A stretch of DNA of 62,325 nt, counting the filler, from Sphacelaria rigidula (lineage: Eukaryota): NCBI GenBank assembly GCA_964200075.2. It is 10 parts of 10 records of this genome, joined end to end, with 100 filler letters (N's around TTAATTAATTAA, not from the genome) between each part and the next. Parts side by side here need not be neighbours in the genome. Positions count along the whole stretch, not along the records: positions 49,942 to 56,083 come from CAXNAA020021966.1; positions 56,184 to 62,325 come from CAXNAA020021967.1; 8 more parts are not named here. The stretch is one strand, 5' to 3'. The stretch's first letter is position 1, and each line of letters begins with the position of its first letter. The position numbers and the translations under genes were made by a program. Below the pieces are notes generated by a model. It saw nothing but the letters and a program-made list of their open reading frames with translations. It was not told the origin of the DNA and searched no databases. Shown in pieces: positions 51,304-62,325 of the stretch.

Positions 51304-51749
51304 CAACATGGGGTCTTACAAATTGGGGATGGATCTTTGATTGGGGACGAGAAACCCGGAGAATTAATATCTTCGTATCCACACCGAATCTTCGAAATAT
51401 GATTATATTTTTTCACCTACGGATAGCCATTGACAACTGCTACACGCCATAGAAATTTGTACTTCGATCACCAAAATGTTGAGGTCCTAAGTGAATAAAC
51501 AATTTCGGAACCATTTTGGTATCCGTTCGGACACTCGAGATTCCCCCAAAATGTTTTTTCACCTAGGACCCCAACATTCCGGTGATCGAAATCCAAAGTT
51601 CTATGGCGTGTAGCAGTTGCTAATAGCTATCCGTAGGTGAGGAAACGGAATCATATTTCGAAGATTCGGTGTGGATACGAAGATTTCAATTCTCCGGGTT
51701 TCTCATCCCCAATAAAAGATCCATCACCAATTTGTAAGATCCTGTGTTG
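51304..51749. mobile_element. Foldback (near-palindromic) MITE with ~200-bp arms, inserted at a TA site in a ~75-bp tandem repeat (51075-51805)
   Basis: 51304-51509 is the imperfect reverse complement of ~51541-51749. Removing it restores the unit TTTCTGTACGGTGTT seen intact at 51122. Confidence 0.88.
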
Positions 51750-52574
51750 CACGGTGTTCAAGTTCCCGACGTGGTTTTACTCGGCAGAACGGTTACCAAG
51801 ATCAACAGCTGTACGAAAACAAGGTCGAATAGTCGATTATGAGGAAGCTGGTAACGCGGCAATCCATTGTCGAACCACGTTCAGCCCCAGGGTTTGTCAA
51901 CCGTAGGGCTGAGGGAGGGGTGTTATGAATCGCGGCATACATGGAGGAAGGGCAGTACAATGATGGGCCCATCTAATCTGATGGAAAAGTCCCGGAGGGC
52001 TGACTGCGGGAACTGGTAATGTGCCGCAGTCAGCGGGGAGGATGTTTGACCCCGTACGAAGACGGTTGTATAATCATGCCTCTTTACATCCGACTTGCAC
52101 TCGGCTCTTTCAGAATCGGTGACAGCCGGCCCCCTGGTTTTAAATCCTCTGAAATGAAAACGTAAAACGAGCAAAAAACCACCACCACCAAAGAGAAACT
52201 GAATCGACCCTGAAGCTGTGATCAAGATACCCTGACATTCTGGATAAGCTGTTCTGCGTTAAGCTGATCATGCCTTGTGCTGAAAAACCGTTTCGCCCTG
52301 CGATGATGGTGAGCGAGTACGTACAAATCAATGCATACTGTACGTACTGTACATGGGTAAATATGCCGCATGTTTGGCTGAAGTAGGAAATTTCACTTTA
52401 TGCCTCGTCTCATGAAGATCCGTCATCACAGTGCTTGAGCAGCGATCATGATAACCCTAACAATTGAGACAGTAGTAAAAACGAACTATTGCACGGACAA
52501 GCCAGAGAGGCTACTATACCGTCTGATTGTAACAGCACCGTTTGTTATGATGATACACACAGTAGCCCAGTGCA

Positions 52575-53030
52575 GCATAAAATATTAATCGCAGCAAGGC
52601 ATGACGGCAACACTTCTCATCTGCTTGTCAAACCCCGTGCGAAGCGCAGCTCTGCAAGCACAGACAGTTCAGTAGTGCAAGGTTACAACTACAGGCTGTA
52701 CTCGCAGACACAGCAGGTTGCTTTACTTTGCAGATACAGTACAAACAGTACAACGATACAGGTACACATACTCTGCAGACGAAAAGTAGAACGAGACAGT
52801 CAATCATTTGTTCGCGACAACGGGGGGCAGGCTCGCATTCGGCATCAACTACAGCGAAAGCAGATGTGGGATAGTACGATGATATACAAAGTAGTGCACT
52901 ACAACAAAAGTATTAATCGTAGCAGGGTACGGCGTCAACATTTCTTATCCGCTCGTCAAACCCCGTGTGAAGCGCAGCTCGGCATGCACAGACAGTTCAG
53001 CAGTGCAAGGTCGTAGCTGTAGTCTGGATT
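52575..53030 (+). repeat. Diverged direct repeat (~125 bp, period ~330 bp)
   Basis: GTCAAACCCCGTG(C/T)GAAGCGCAGCTC...GCACAGACAGTTCAG(T/C)AGTGCAAGGT occurs at ~52627 and ~52955. Confidence 0.8.
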
Positions 53031-53677
53031 TGTCGCCGCGGAAGCCGAGGGACGTCTCTGCCCCCCGCGTACTTTGCAACCTGAGGCGCCCGTACCTTCG
53101 CCGTTTGTCGACACATATAAAGTAGTTCGAATCAATCAAGTCACGTTCTTCAACACCACCTTCACCTCACCCACGGACAGCGTCGGCCCGCACAGCGAAG
53201 GCAACGCAGGAAGCAGCAATAAAGCTGAACCTTCTTGAGGATGAGCGAAGTGATCCAAAGAGTCGATTTCTGCGTGTGATGCCTCCGACCTCCAAAAGTA
53301 ATCGCCAAAGGTGCCTCAATTGAAAGTGCGACGGTCAAGTCTCAGCAGTTCAATCAAGGCTCGAGCTGCTCGAAACTGATCGAATTGCGGTGTTGTGGAG
53401 CGCACCCAGAAGCGAAACACAACGCCGTGAGCATCAGTGAAGCTGAAACTTGTTGAGGGCGGCTAGATTGATGTTAGAAGAGCGATGGGGTGTTTTTTTC
53501 CGCGCAGCGTGACTTCGAATCAATTCGGGAAAAAACAGTGCGTGGTTCGGAGCTTCGTAATGATGTCTGGACGGATAGGATGGACAGGACAGGACGGACA
53601 TTGTTTTGACTTGGGATCAGTAGAAGTCTTTTCAGGCCCCACCGAAATACTTTACTCGGCCTACCCTTGAAGTCTTC

Positions 53678-54060
53678 CACACCGGTACCCGAGAGTTCTG
53701 TCTTCTCTGAATCTCTGTGAGACGTTCATAACCTTACCCGAAAGGTATGTAAGTTATGTAAGCCTCCCGTGCCGTTACCGGGGGGCACGGGTATGCTCTT
53801 AATAAGACATCCGGTTGCGGTTACGGTTTTCTGTACAACCTACATACCGTACCCGACAGTTTCGGTGAATTCTGTCGGCCTCCCGTACCGTACCCGACAA
53901 GTTCTGCAATTTCTTCACGACTTTTGAACCGGTACCCGACAAATTCATCATTCCTGTAAGACCTTCATACCGGTACCCGGTACTTCTGTGAGTTCTGTAA
54001 GGAATTTCATACCCTACAGAACAAACCCATACCTTACAGAGCACAAACTTGCTACGAGTG
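53678..54060. repeat. Repeat element rich in (T)ACCGTACCCG motifs, probably a MITE
   Basis: Multiple GTACCCG / TTCTGT motifs. Termini and TSD are not resolved. Confidence 0.5.
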
Positions 54061-54750
54061 TTTTTGAACGGATGACATCCCGTTGAAACCGCGGATATAA
54101 TCTCCAAGCTGCCATCGCCCCGGTAAAACAGCGTACGCAATTATTTCTATGTTTACGTTCCACTCAGTCCGAAAACCGACGGTAAATGCCTGTCGTATGA
54201 TCCACCAGATCACGACTATACACTTTTCACTGAGCCGTCTGACACCTTCGACTCACATGTGGACTTTATCAAGTGTTGGGGGTTGGCAAGTGCATGCTTC
54301 ATACGTTTTCTTACGAAAATGTGACATCCTCGACAAGCCGGTTGTTCCTTTGGCAACACTATTCCCAGCGAAAATAGAGGCCAGGGTGATGCTACACTTC
54401 TCACAGTAAAGCTGCACCAGATGAATGAACGTGCTGCAGAACGCTTCAAGTGTGCCAATCAATTGGACAGGCATTACAGTGTTCATACCCGCTACAACGA
54501 AAAACACTTATGCGAACTGCTTCTTCCACGAAGCACTTCGTTGAACTAATAACAGAACTTCGGCGCAGGAATCATCGCGGTCACACAAAAATAGCTCCAC
54601 CCTGTCGCAACGACACGCACGGAAACCGGGGCTACGGCGGCGCATGTGAATATACCTCCAAACTCTCCCGGATAAACTGACGCTGAGCTACAGGTCGGCG
54701 TGTAGGGGGCATGTCATCACCACTCAAGTTCTCGTCCGTGTTGACGCCAC

Positions 54751-56083
54751 TTACGAAAGAGGGGAAAACGGAGCCGAAACTGCCAGCTCCATTTTCAGGC
54801 CTTCCTCTTTCCCATATAACACGACTGAAGAAGTATCGACGGTAGAATCATCTGTCCGAAGGTGTTCACGAACCATCGACGGCGCCCTGCAAATCCGCTT
54901 CTTCATTCTTTCATGGCAATTATCGCTGGAGTTACCGCCAATCGTGCTGCTCCTGCCTTCATCAGAGCAGGTGGCCCCGCCAACTCTCCTCCGCAAGTCC
55001 TGCCTGGGACGCTGAAAGGGAGCAGACTCTTCTGATTTCACCCTTGTGTGCGGCCTCGTCCACAGGTATCCTCCTTCAGCGCCCTCGGCGGGCTGCGGCG
55101 GCGCGGTACCAACAAGATCGGAACCTACGAGCAAAACAGGACCGGACCCGACATCACCCGCACCACCCTTATGACTAGTGGAATATTTCGGTTGTCCGTC
55201 CTTGGTGGAACTTTCATCGAAGATGTCACGACGTTGCCCCTGCCCGGTTGCTCGAGATACGGCATGTTGGCATACAATGACCTGTTTGACGCCATCAGCG
55301 CGACAAACACATCGATTCCAACAGCCTTCGTTGCCGCACTTCTTGCTCACTACATTGACCATCCCTGCCCTCGGGTGATCGGCACATAACTCCGCTAACC
55401 GGCTTCCCGCTACATGGTACGATGGTTTCTTGGAGAAGCCGTCGTTGCTGCACTTCTTGTTCGCCACATTGATCATCCCCAGCCCTGCGTGGTCGCCACA
55501 GAAAAGGCTTACCCTACTTCCCGCTACAACATACGATGGTCGTTTGGAGCAGCCCTTGTTGTACTTTTTGCTTACTACATTGACCATCCCTGGCCTGGCA
55601 TGATCTGCACAGAACTCCGCCTTCCGACTTCCAGCTACACCGTACGATAAATGCTTGGAGCAGCCATCGTTGCCACATCTCTTCCTCACAACATCAACCA
55701 TCCCTGCCCTAGCGTGGTCGGCACAGAACTCTGCCTTCCGGCTCCCCGGTACACCGTACGATGGTTGTTTGGAGCAGCCCTCCTTACCGCACTTCTTGGC
55801 CGTTACATTGACCATCCCTGCCCTGGCATGATCGGCACAGAACTCCGCTTTCCGCGTGCTTGCTACACCGAACGTAGGTTGTTTGGAGCAGCCCTCGTTG
55901 CCGCACCTCTTGCTCACTGCATCAGTCATCCCTGCCCTGGCGTGGTCGGCACAGAACTGCCTTCCGGCTCCCCGGTACACCGTACGATGGTTGTTTGGAG
56001 CAGCCCTCCTTACCGCACTTCTTGGCCGTTACATTGACCATCCCTGCCCTGGCATGATCGGCACAGAACTCCGCTTTCCGCGT
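54751..56083 (-). CDS. EsV-1-7 cysteine-rich repeat protein, 5'-truncated by the contig end, with an apparent 2-bp frameshift near 55957
   Basis: About seven tandem 38-aa (114-bp) units of CGxEGCSKQPSYGVAGSRKAEFCADHARAGMVNVVSKK (C-x4-C...C-x2-H) are followed by a low-complexity tail and a stop at 54751. The units continue upstream of the listed ORF in another frame. Confidence 0.92.
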
Positions 56084-57696
56084 NNNNNNNNNNNNNNNNN
56101 NNNNNNNNNNNNNNNNNNNNNNNNNNNTTAATTAATTAANNNNNNNNNNNNNNNNNNNNNNNNNNNNNNNNNNNNNNNNNNNNGTTTGGGTTCAGGCTGC
56201 ATGAAGCGCCTCACATGGGCGACATTGGCGAGAACGAACTCAAGCGTGGGAATTCCCAGCTGTCTCACGAAACAAGGCACTTTTTTGGGGGGGGGGGCGG
56301 CGTACTCATTTGTTGCTTGCCTTAGTCGTTTGACCATTGACCACAGCACTTTTTTTGGGGGGGGGGCTATTGTAGAAAGCGTCATAAGCTCAACCCTTGG
56401 AGCGGGAACCTTGCAGATGGCCTTTTTTGGTTGGCCTTGTTACTCGGGGAGTGTACTCATGATGTGGCATGTCGTAGTCATACCACGTTTGACCTCGCAT
56501 CCCTACAAAGTAGCGACGGAGCACGCCGGGTTTTCGCCGGACCGGGCTCGCAATCAATCACCAAGCGCGAAGCATCGTCATGTAATCGGCGGGTCGCATG
56601 ATGGGTGACGTGCATCCTGGCAAGATTGTTCGGCCCGAAGCGTGCTGATTATCTTGCACTTGGATGACAGCCTCGAATGAGATGCTTTATTTTCTGGTAT
56701 CGCCACTTCCAGAGACAGCCACGGCTTTCACACTGCCTCATGGGTGTCTCACCATTTCAACACTACGTGGTACGATCATCCCCTTTTGCGTAGTGCCGGG
56801 TTCTCCACCTCTCACACTATCTTCCCGCTCAACCACCATCAAGGATATCGCAAGAGAAACGCGAGCGAATCCCCCCCCCCGGTAACCTGGTTGCTTAGCT
56901 TGCGCGATGATTGGCGTATTTTACAGCGTCGTTGCCAACCGACACCAACCCTTAAAGGTTACCATGGGGACGGGGGGGGTTCGGAATGGTTACTGGGATG
57001 AAAATCACAAGACCTCCGTAGAATCAGGGTTCGGGCCCGCTCGGCCTTACTACGCACACACCCGTGTCTTACGGTAGTCGGTACAGTACAACGCCGTACA
57101 ACGATATGAGGTGGAGACCATCACGAGCCGTGACCGTGTCACCATCACGCATGGTTTGTGTGTGACATGTACAAAAGTTTGACAAGCGGTAGCCCGGATG
57201 GCATGACACGGGTAGTGCGTGAGTGTACGACAACAGCAACGGGTCTGACATCGCAGCCTTTTTTTTCTATCGTTGAGGTCGGCACGAGCAAGCGCAATCT
57301 CCGAGGGGAAACGCAGGTGTTGCTGGTGTGGCCTTGTGCTGACGGAGTCTTCGGCAGGTACAGCTCCGAGTGAAACGCCGTGAGAGATTCAGATACCTCG
57401 AAACAACTCCAATCCGCCCGCTCAACCATGACCATAGACTGCTTGCTACACTTGTGATACTCCGAGACAACGTAAAGTTTGTGATCTGTGTCTGAGTAAG
57501 CTCCCACACGCCATGAAACGGCCATTTACGCATACAAATGCCATCAAGTACTCAGAATGTCAGCGGGATTGCTAGGCCGGATTCTCGAAACACAAATCCT
57601 TGGGCGCTTGCCGAGGAGGCAACCCTTTCAGCGCTGGACGGCCAACTGGGATTTTCAGTTTTTTTTTTTGCTGGGAATCCAAAACAATTTCAAATG

Positions 57697-58063
57697 CAGG
57701 TCGAGTAGAGCATACTCAATACTCAGTATTTTCGAAAATAATACTTTTAGTACTCAAAATTTGAGTGGAGTATTCGAGGCCGTACTCAATCTACTCAAAA
57801 TGTTTAGTAGAGTATTTGAGATCATACCCAATCTACTCAAAATTTGAGTAGAGTATTACGGTTATACTCAAGAGATCCTCTATACTCAAGTATTACTGAG
57901 AGTGCTTACTCAATATTCGAGTGGAGTATTCGAGGTCGTACTCGATCTATTCAAAATTTGAGAAGAGCATTTGAGGCCGTACTCGACCTGCTCAAATTTA
58001 GAGAAGAGTAAATACTCGAGTATTTTACTCGAGTACTCACAAGTACATACTTTACTGGACCTG
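57697..58063. mobile_element. TIR element built from ~44-bp TACTCAAA/TTGAGTA palindromic subrepeats; a longer copy in the opposite orientation at ~31340-32342
   Basis: Termini CAGGTCGAGTAGAG / CTTTACTGGACCTG. 57697-57850 matches the reverse complement of 32190-32342. Confidence 0.72.
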
Positions 58064-60207
58064 TTCTTGAACAATTTGTTCGTGGTGGAGAGATATTGCT
58101 TACATTGAAGAAACCGTTGCTACGCGCAGACCGCGAGTTATGGTACAGCCAGAGTCAGCGGCATTGACATCTCAAGATATCAAACAGTACAGTAGAGTAG
58201 CCGTGATCGAGCCTCGAGCCAACAGTAAGGCATGTGCGCAACACACACATGCAAACATCTGTTTGTTGCTGAGCAGTTGAAGGACGTACTCGTAAGGTAT
58301 TTGGTGGAGGGTGAGCGTGACTCAGGCGGAGCGTGCGGGTCTGGCTGGACAGTGCTTTGGTTTCAGGTCGTGTGTATACGAAAATTCGTCCCCACCCCCA
58401 ACAGTCAATCGAGTATGACAAACGCGCGACGGAAATCGTTATCTTTGCAACGCATGAAACCGCAGCGGTGAGGTTGTCCTTCCCCACTGAACTCTACTTT
58501 CATCAGCTGCTGCTTGTTGCTGAGCATTCGGCAGATATGGCCTACAATAACCGTCAACTCATTTGAGCCGTGTTAGGCTGCAATACTATTGGTCAAAACT
58601 ACCACAGGAGGAAAATCTGTCAAGCTCCTGCACGGCATACTAGCGGCCATCTGCGCCTACGCTGTTGCCATCTGACGAGAATCGGCGGGAGTGTAAGATC
58701 AGCCAGTTGGCCGCTAAAACAATCAACCCATATAGCGCCCAGTTGGGCCGATGGTGTTTCGTTGGCTTGGCTATTTGGGGACGTCGGAATGGTTGTTCTA
58801 ATGAAAGACACAGCACCTCCAAAGAAACAGGGGTTTGGGCTCGATGGGCCGCGGCCACCCACATATGTACCCGTGTCGGAATGAGGACAGTTAAGAGTAC
58901 GGTACAACGCCGTACGAATTGGGTAGGTCGAGAGCAACATTAGCAGTGACCGGGCGACCACTGTATATGGTACGCCATGTGCGAAGGTGTTACAAGCGTT
59001 AGCCTGTGCGGTGGTGCCGCTGTGAGACTCTTTGCATCGGACAGACGATGCCCCGAAACTCCAACCTGGGTGCTCAACCATGGATACAGACAGTTACACC
59101 TACCACACTAAAAAAACGAAGTTTACACTTCTGTCTGACTCAGCACCCAAGGACCATAAAAGCACCATAAACGCATAGAATTGCCATACTCCAAATGTCC
59201 GCGGGACTGTCACGACGTACTATCGGAACAGAAAGCTATGGGCCCTTTGCCTGACAGGGTGGGTTATCTAGATCTCAGACTTCTCCACTTGAAAATGACG
59301 CCTGTTCAAAAGATCACCGATTATCTATCCTGGCAGGCAAAAAGTCAAGTACGATTTGTCCTCTTCTGTTCTCCGACCTCATGAGATTCGGGTAATCACC
59401 GGTTTTGTGAACTGTGCGATAATAGTCCATTTTACTGGGTAATGAATGTCTCGACTTGAGAATGCAACTTCAAAAAGGTGACAAACTATTGTTGATCGTT
59501 GCCCGTATCATGGATACCAACGCATACGCGACGGTTTACGTCCAACATGACCCAACGACTGAACCGGGGGAAACGCGAAAAAAGGTGAAGGCTTCATATC
59601 GGAACCGTTTCCTTTATTGCTGAAATGGGTGTCGTCTTCTGGGGTCGAAAGACTGCTGGGCAATGCGGGCCACAGCATTGTGTCCGCCTTGATACCAGGA
59701 CGAAGCGAACATAGCGCATGCTAAATCTATTCCTTGTTGATCCCGAGAATACGAGCGGTGAAGAAATCTCACGCTTCTTTGCGGGATTTTTGCACGGAGC
59801 TGTGCAACACAATTTGAATCGAACATTGAAACGGTAACTTCAGACCGCTTCTGTTTGAACATGCTACAAAGTACTGCAGCTGCAGCTGCACTCATTGTTT
59901 GAATTAATTTGGACAAACACTCCTGCGAGGCACTAGGAGGGAGAATATTGTCGATACATCCGTGTGTGGTCACTACAGAGATCATGAACGTCAGCGGGTG
60001 GGGGTGGGGGGGGAAAGCATAGAGTGTGGTGAATCTACAGCGCAGCATGCAGTACAGAGAGCACAGGCAGTACATGTGCACAACCAGTAGTTGCACTTCG
60101 GCGGCTCATTGCACCATGGGGAAAGGCGATGCTCGAAATAAGTGAGCACACATGGCATGATAGGGTCTTGGCTCGTCTGTACGTAGGACACGTGACTGCA
60201 AGCTCAC

Positions 60208-60324
60208 CTCCGCTTGCATGGCAAGCTCTGCCTCGATATCATCCATCTCGTCCTCATACATATCCGCCTCCTGCTCAGCGTCCGCCAAGAGCTCATCAAA
60301 GTCAAAATCCATTTCGTCGTCCAT
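60208..60324 (-). CDS. Probable first coding exon of an unidentified gene with a highly acidic N-terminus
   Basis: ATG-initiated 39 codons, MDDEMDFDFDELLADAEQEADMYEDEMDDIEAELAMQAE, ending at a strong donor GAG|GTGAGC. Confidence 0.65.
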
Positions 60325-62019
60325 GCTGGTTTTCGCAGCTCCCAACACTGCTTGTTATGGTGGGCCAGCCCCCGCTAAACCGACTGCAATGCGAGTAGGG
60401 TAGTGATATTTTGTCGCCCTTCTCTGAATACGACAGGTACTCAGACAACCTGTGGAGGGTATCGACTGCCCTACGGCACAACGTTAAAATAGTGACAGCA
60501 GCGGCAGCAGCACGTGGTGGCTGCCCAAGCGATGTATCCAACGATACAGTACAATCAAGTACGGTTCACCTCTGGCGCGCCCACTTCGCCGCCGACGCCA
60601 GGCCGGCATTTCAAATTCTGAGATCACGCCTCCATATCATGCGGAGGGCGTTTCACTTTTTGCCAAACCGGTACATATTCCGCCGACAGTATTTCCCCGC
60701 GGGTCGGATAACGTGAAGGCTGGAAGGCTGTGACTGCGATTGGAACTGGGCCCGTGGTGGGCGTTGCTCCCCATTCCACTGACGGTACGGCTTGTCCACA
60801 GTGGCCATTTTTTCTACGGTTTTCAATTTGCGTATGATAATTGGCAATGATGCGTTGGCGTCGAGATCGATTGTCACGCCTTCACGTGGATTCTACGTGA
60901 GACACTACAAAAATACACGCAGAGGATTGCTTTTCTTGGGCTGGATTTCACCGCAGCAGGGTAGTGGCGCAGAGCAGACGGTCCAAAATAGTAATCGGCC
61001 AGGATCTCAAATAAACACGCTGCAGCGTATGAACCTACTGCAAGAAGTAGGATGGCCGCTGCAGGGGTGCACAAGCAGCGAGGGCCCATTTTCCCGGACG
61101 GTGACGGCGACGCACGATGGGTAATCGACGACACCACCCGTCGCACTGCCAGGGCTGCTGTCAGGACAAATGAAGTATCTCGCGCAGATATCCCAGCGGC
61201 GATATTCAAGGACTTCGATGCTGATAGTTCCTCCTATGGCGAAAGGCGGGGTGTTGGTAATCAAGGACAGGGAGGAGGGATGATCCGCAGCCCGACAGAA
61301 AAGCAGCGTAATCGAAAAAGGGGACCTCGTGCTACAAACCAGGTACCAGCGCTGCATGATCGTACTGTTGTGGGTGCGTGTGTTCCGTCTGCCTGACCCT
61401 TGCCGCCCCGCTGAGGACCAGTTGACCCGCTCACGCGGGTGAATACTGTCGAGACAACGGTAGAGCTGGTTGTCGCCTAGCTCATCGAGACTTTAGAAGA
61501 GTAGGGTGTATCCGACGCAAGGGGGTATCAAGAGCGATAAATGGGTGTGCATGGCACGCCAAAGAGACCGCTATCGGGATGCGGTATATAGAAAACGTTA
61601 CAAATGGTACTGCACATGGAAAAGGGACATCCTGCTGGAATGTTGCCACCGGGTGAACTTAATCCTCAAGGGGGGAAATATATTTATCACCACCCAGATA
61701 TCAATGTAAGACCATCAGGACCCTTGGACCATGACGGATGTACATTGTGGTTTAAGCTTTCGAGCCACCGCCCTCCCACCACGTGTCACTTCCTACCACT
61801 ATCTAGCCCAGATGAATGCCCCACCCACGCACCAAGTACGGATGATGTTCACCCTTTCAACGCACAAAGGCCAGATTTACGATCTACTAGTACACAAAAC
61901 CCAGGCGCAAAAACAAATAACTGCAGTACAGTAGGTGGCCCTGTATAGTGCGGGTTATATAGTGCGCCTGCCCAGTTTAATGCGGCTGAAATCACCCGTC
62001 ACAGACGGAACCCGATTTA

Positions 62020-62259
62020 ACAGCCGATTCTAAATTCTGGGGTTGAAACAAAAAATGAGGTTGAAGTCCCATTTCTCTATTGCAAGGAAGATACGAAAGA
62101 GTAGGACAGAGCGAAAGTATCTTCCTTCCCAAACCTCCGCAGCAGGAGTTACCCGTTAGGCCGCGAGAGTAGGTCACCTGCTGAATCGGCATCAATATTC
62201 ACTTGGAAAAAGTACACGCGTGGTCCAGGTGGACTACGGGCACCGCGGTCCAAGGGTTA
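62020..62259. mobile_element. Terminus of a TTAA-type element, shared with 43374-43599
   Basis: About 230 bp are highly similar between two different contigs. This copy ends GGTCCAAGGG-TTAA. Confidence 0.75.
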
Positions 62260-62325
62260 AGCAACTCTGGCTAGGCGCACCCAACGAAATGCGGTGTACA
62301 CGCGTGTCGATGACGATATCACCAG

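Noticed and set aside
16379..56083. O-FucT, CCD, ankyrin and EsV-1-7 genes as one cluster or an endogenous virus region
   Set aside because: Each lies on a different contig, and I recognised no viral hallmark genes.
6145..56183. Regularly spaced TTAATTAATTAA as a biological repeat or CRISPR-like array
   Set aside because: It is always embedded in 44+44 Ns, so it is a synthetic six-frame-stop linker.
61050..61660. Possible decayed LTR gag with a zinc-knuckle remnant (KGHPAGM)
   Set aside because: The similarity is too weak and broken to support without a profile search.
61721..62259. Complete piggyBac-like element using CCCTTGGACC at 61721 as its left end
   Set aside because: The match is only 10 bp with no TTAA on the left, and the homologous copy at 43374-43599 does not share this upstream sequence.

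Overview
This is eukaryotic DNA, most likely from a brown alga (Phaeophyceae). That call is inferred from an EsV-1-7 repeat gene, intron-rich gene fragments and TTAGGG-type motifs. The window is not a continuous locus: it is ten unrelated ~6.14-kb contigs joined by nine identical 100-bp spacers (N44-TTAATTAATTAA-N44), so nothing can be inferred from adjacency across spacers. Most ORFs in the supplied track are spurious. Reading splice sites by hand recovers six gene fragments: a multi-exon WW-domain gene (contig 1), O-fucosyltransferase-like exons (contig 3), the 3' exons of a carotenoid cleavage dioxygenase (contig 5), a virus-type ankyrin-repeat ORF (contig 6), an EsV-1-7 Cys/His repeat gene with a frameshift (contig 9) and an acidic first exon (contig 10). 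A decayed Ty3/Gypsy integrase lies in contig 9. The rest is dense in non-autonomous elements: CACAC-ended TIR elements with 8-bp TSDs (one nested in a relative), TA-flanked TACGAGCTGG elements, TTAA/piggyBac-like elements, foldback elements, and tRNA- and 5S-derived SINE-like repeats. I see no evidence for a multi-gene novel system. The best leads are the dynamics of the EsV-1-7 repeat array and the transposon families. All protein-family assignments come from motif recognition by eye, not from database searches.
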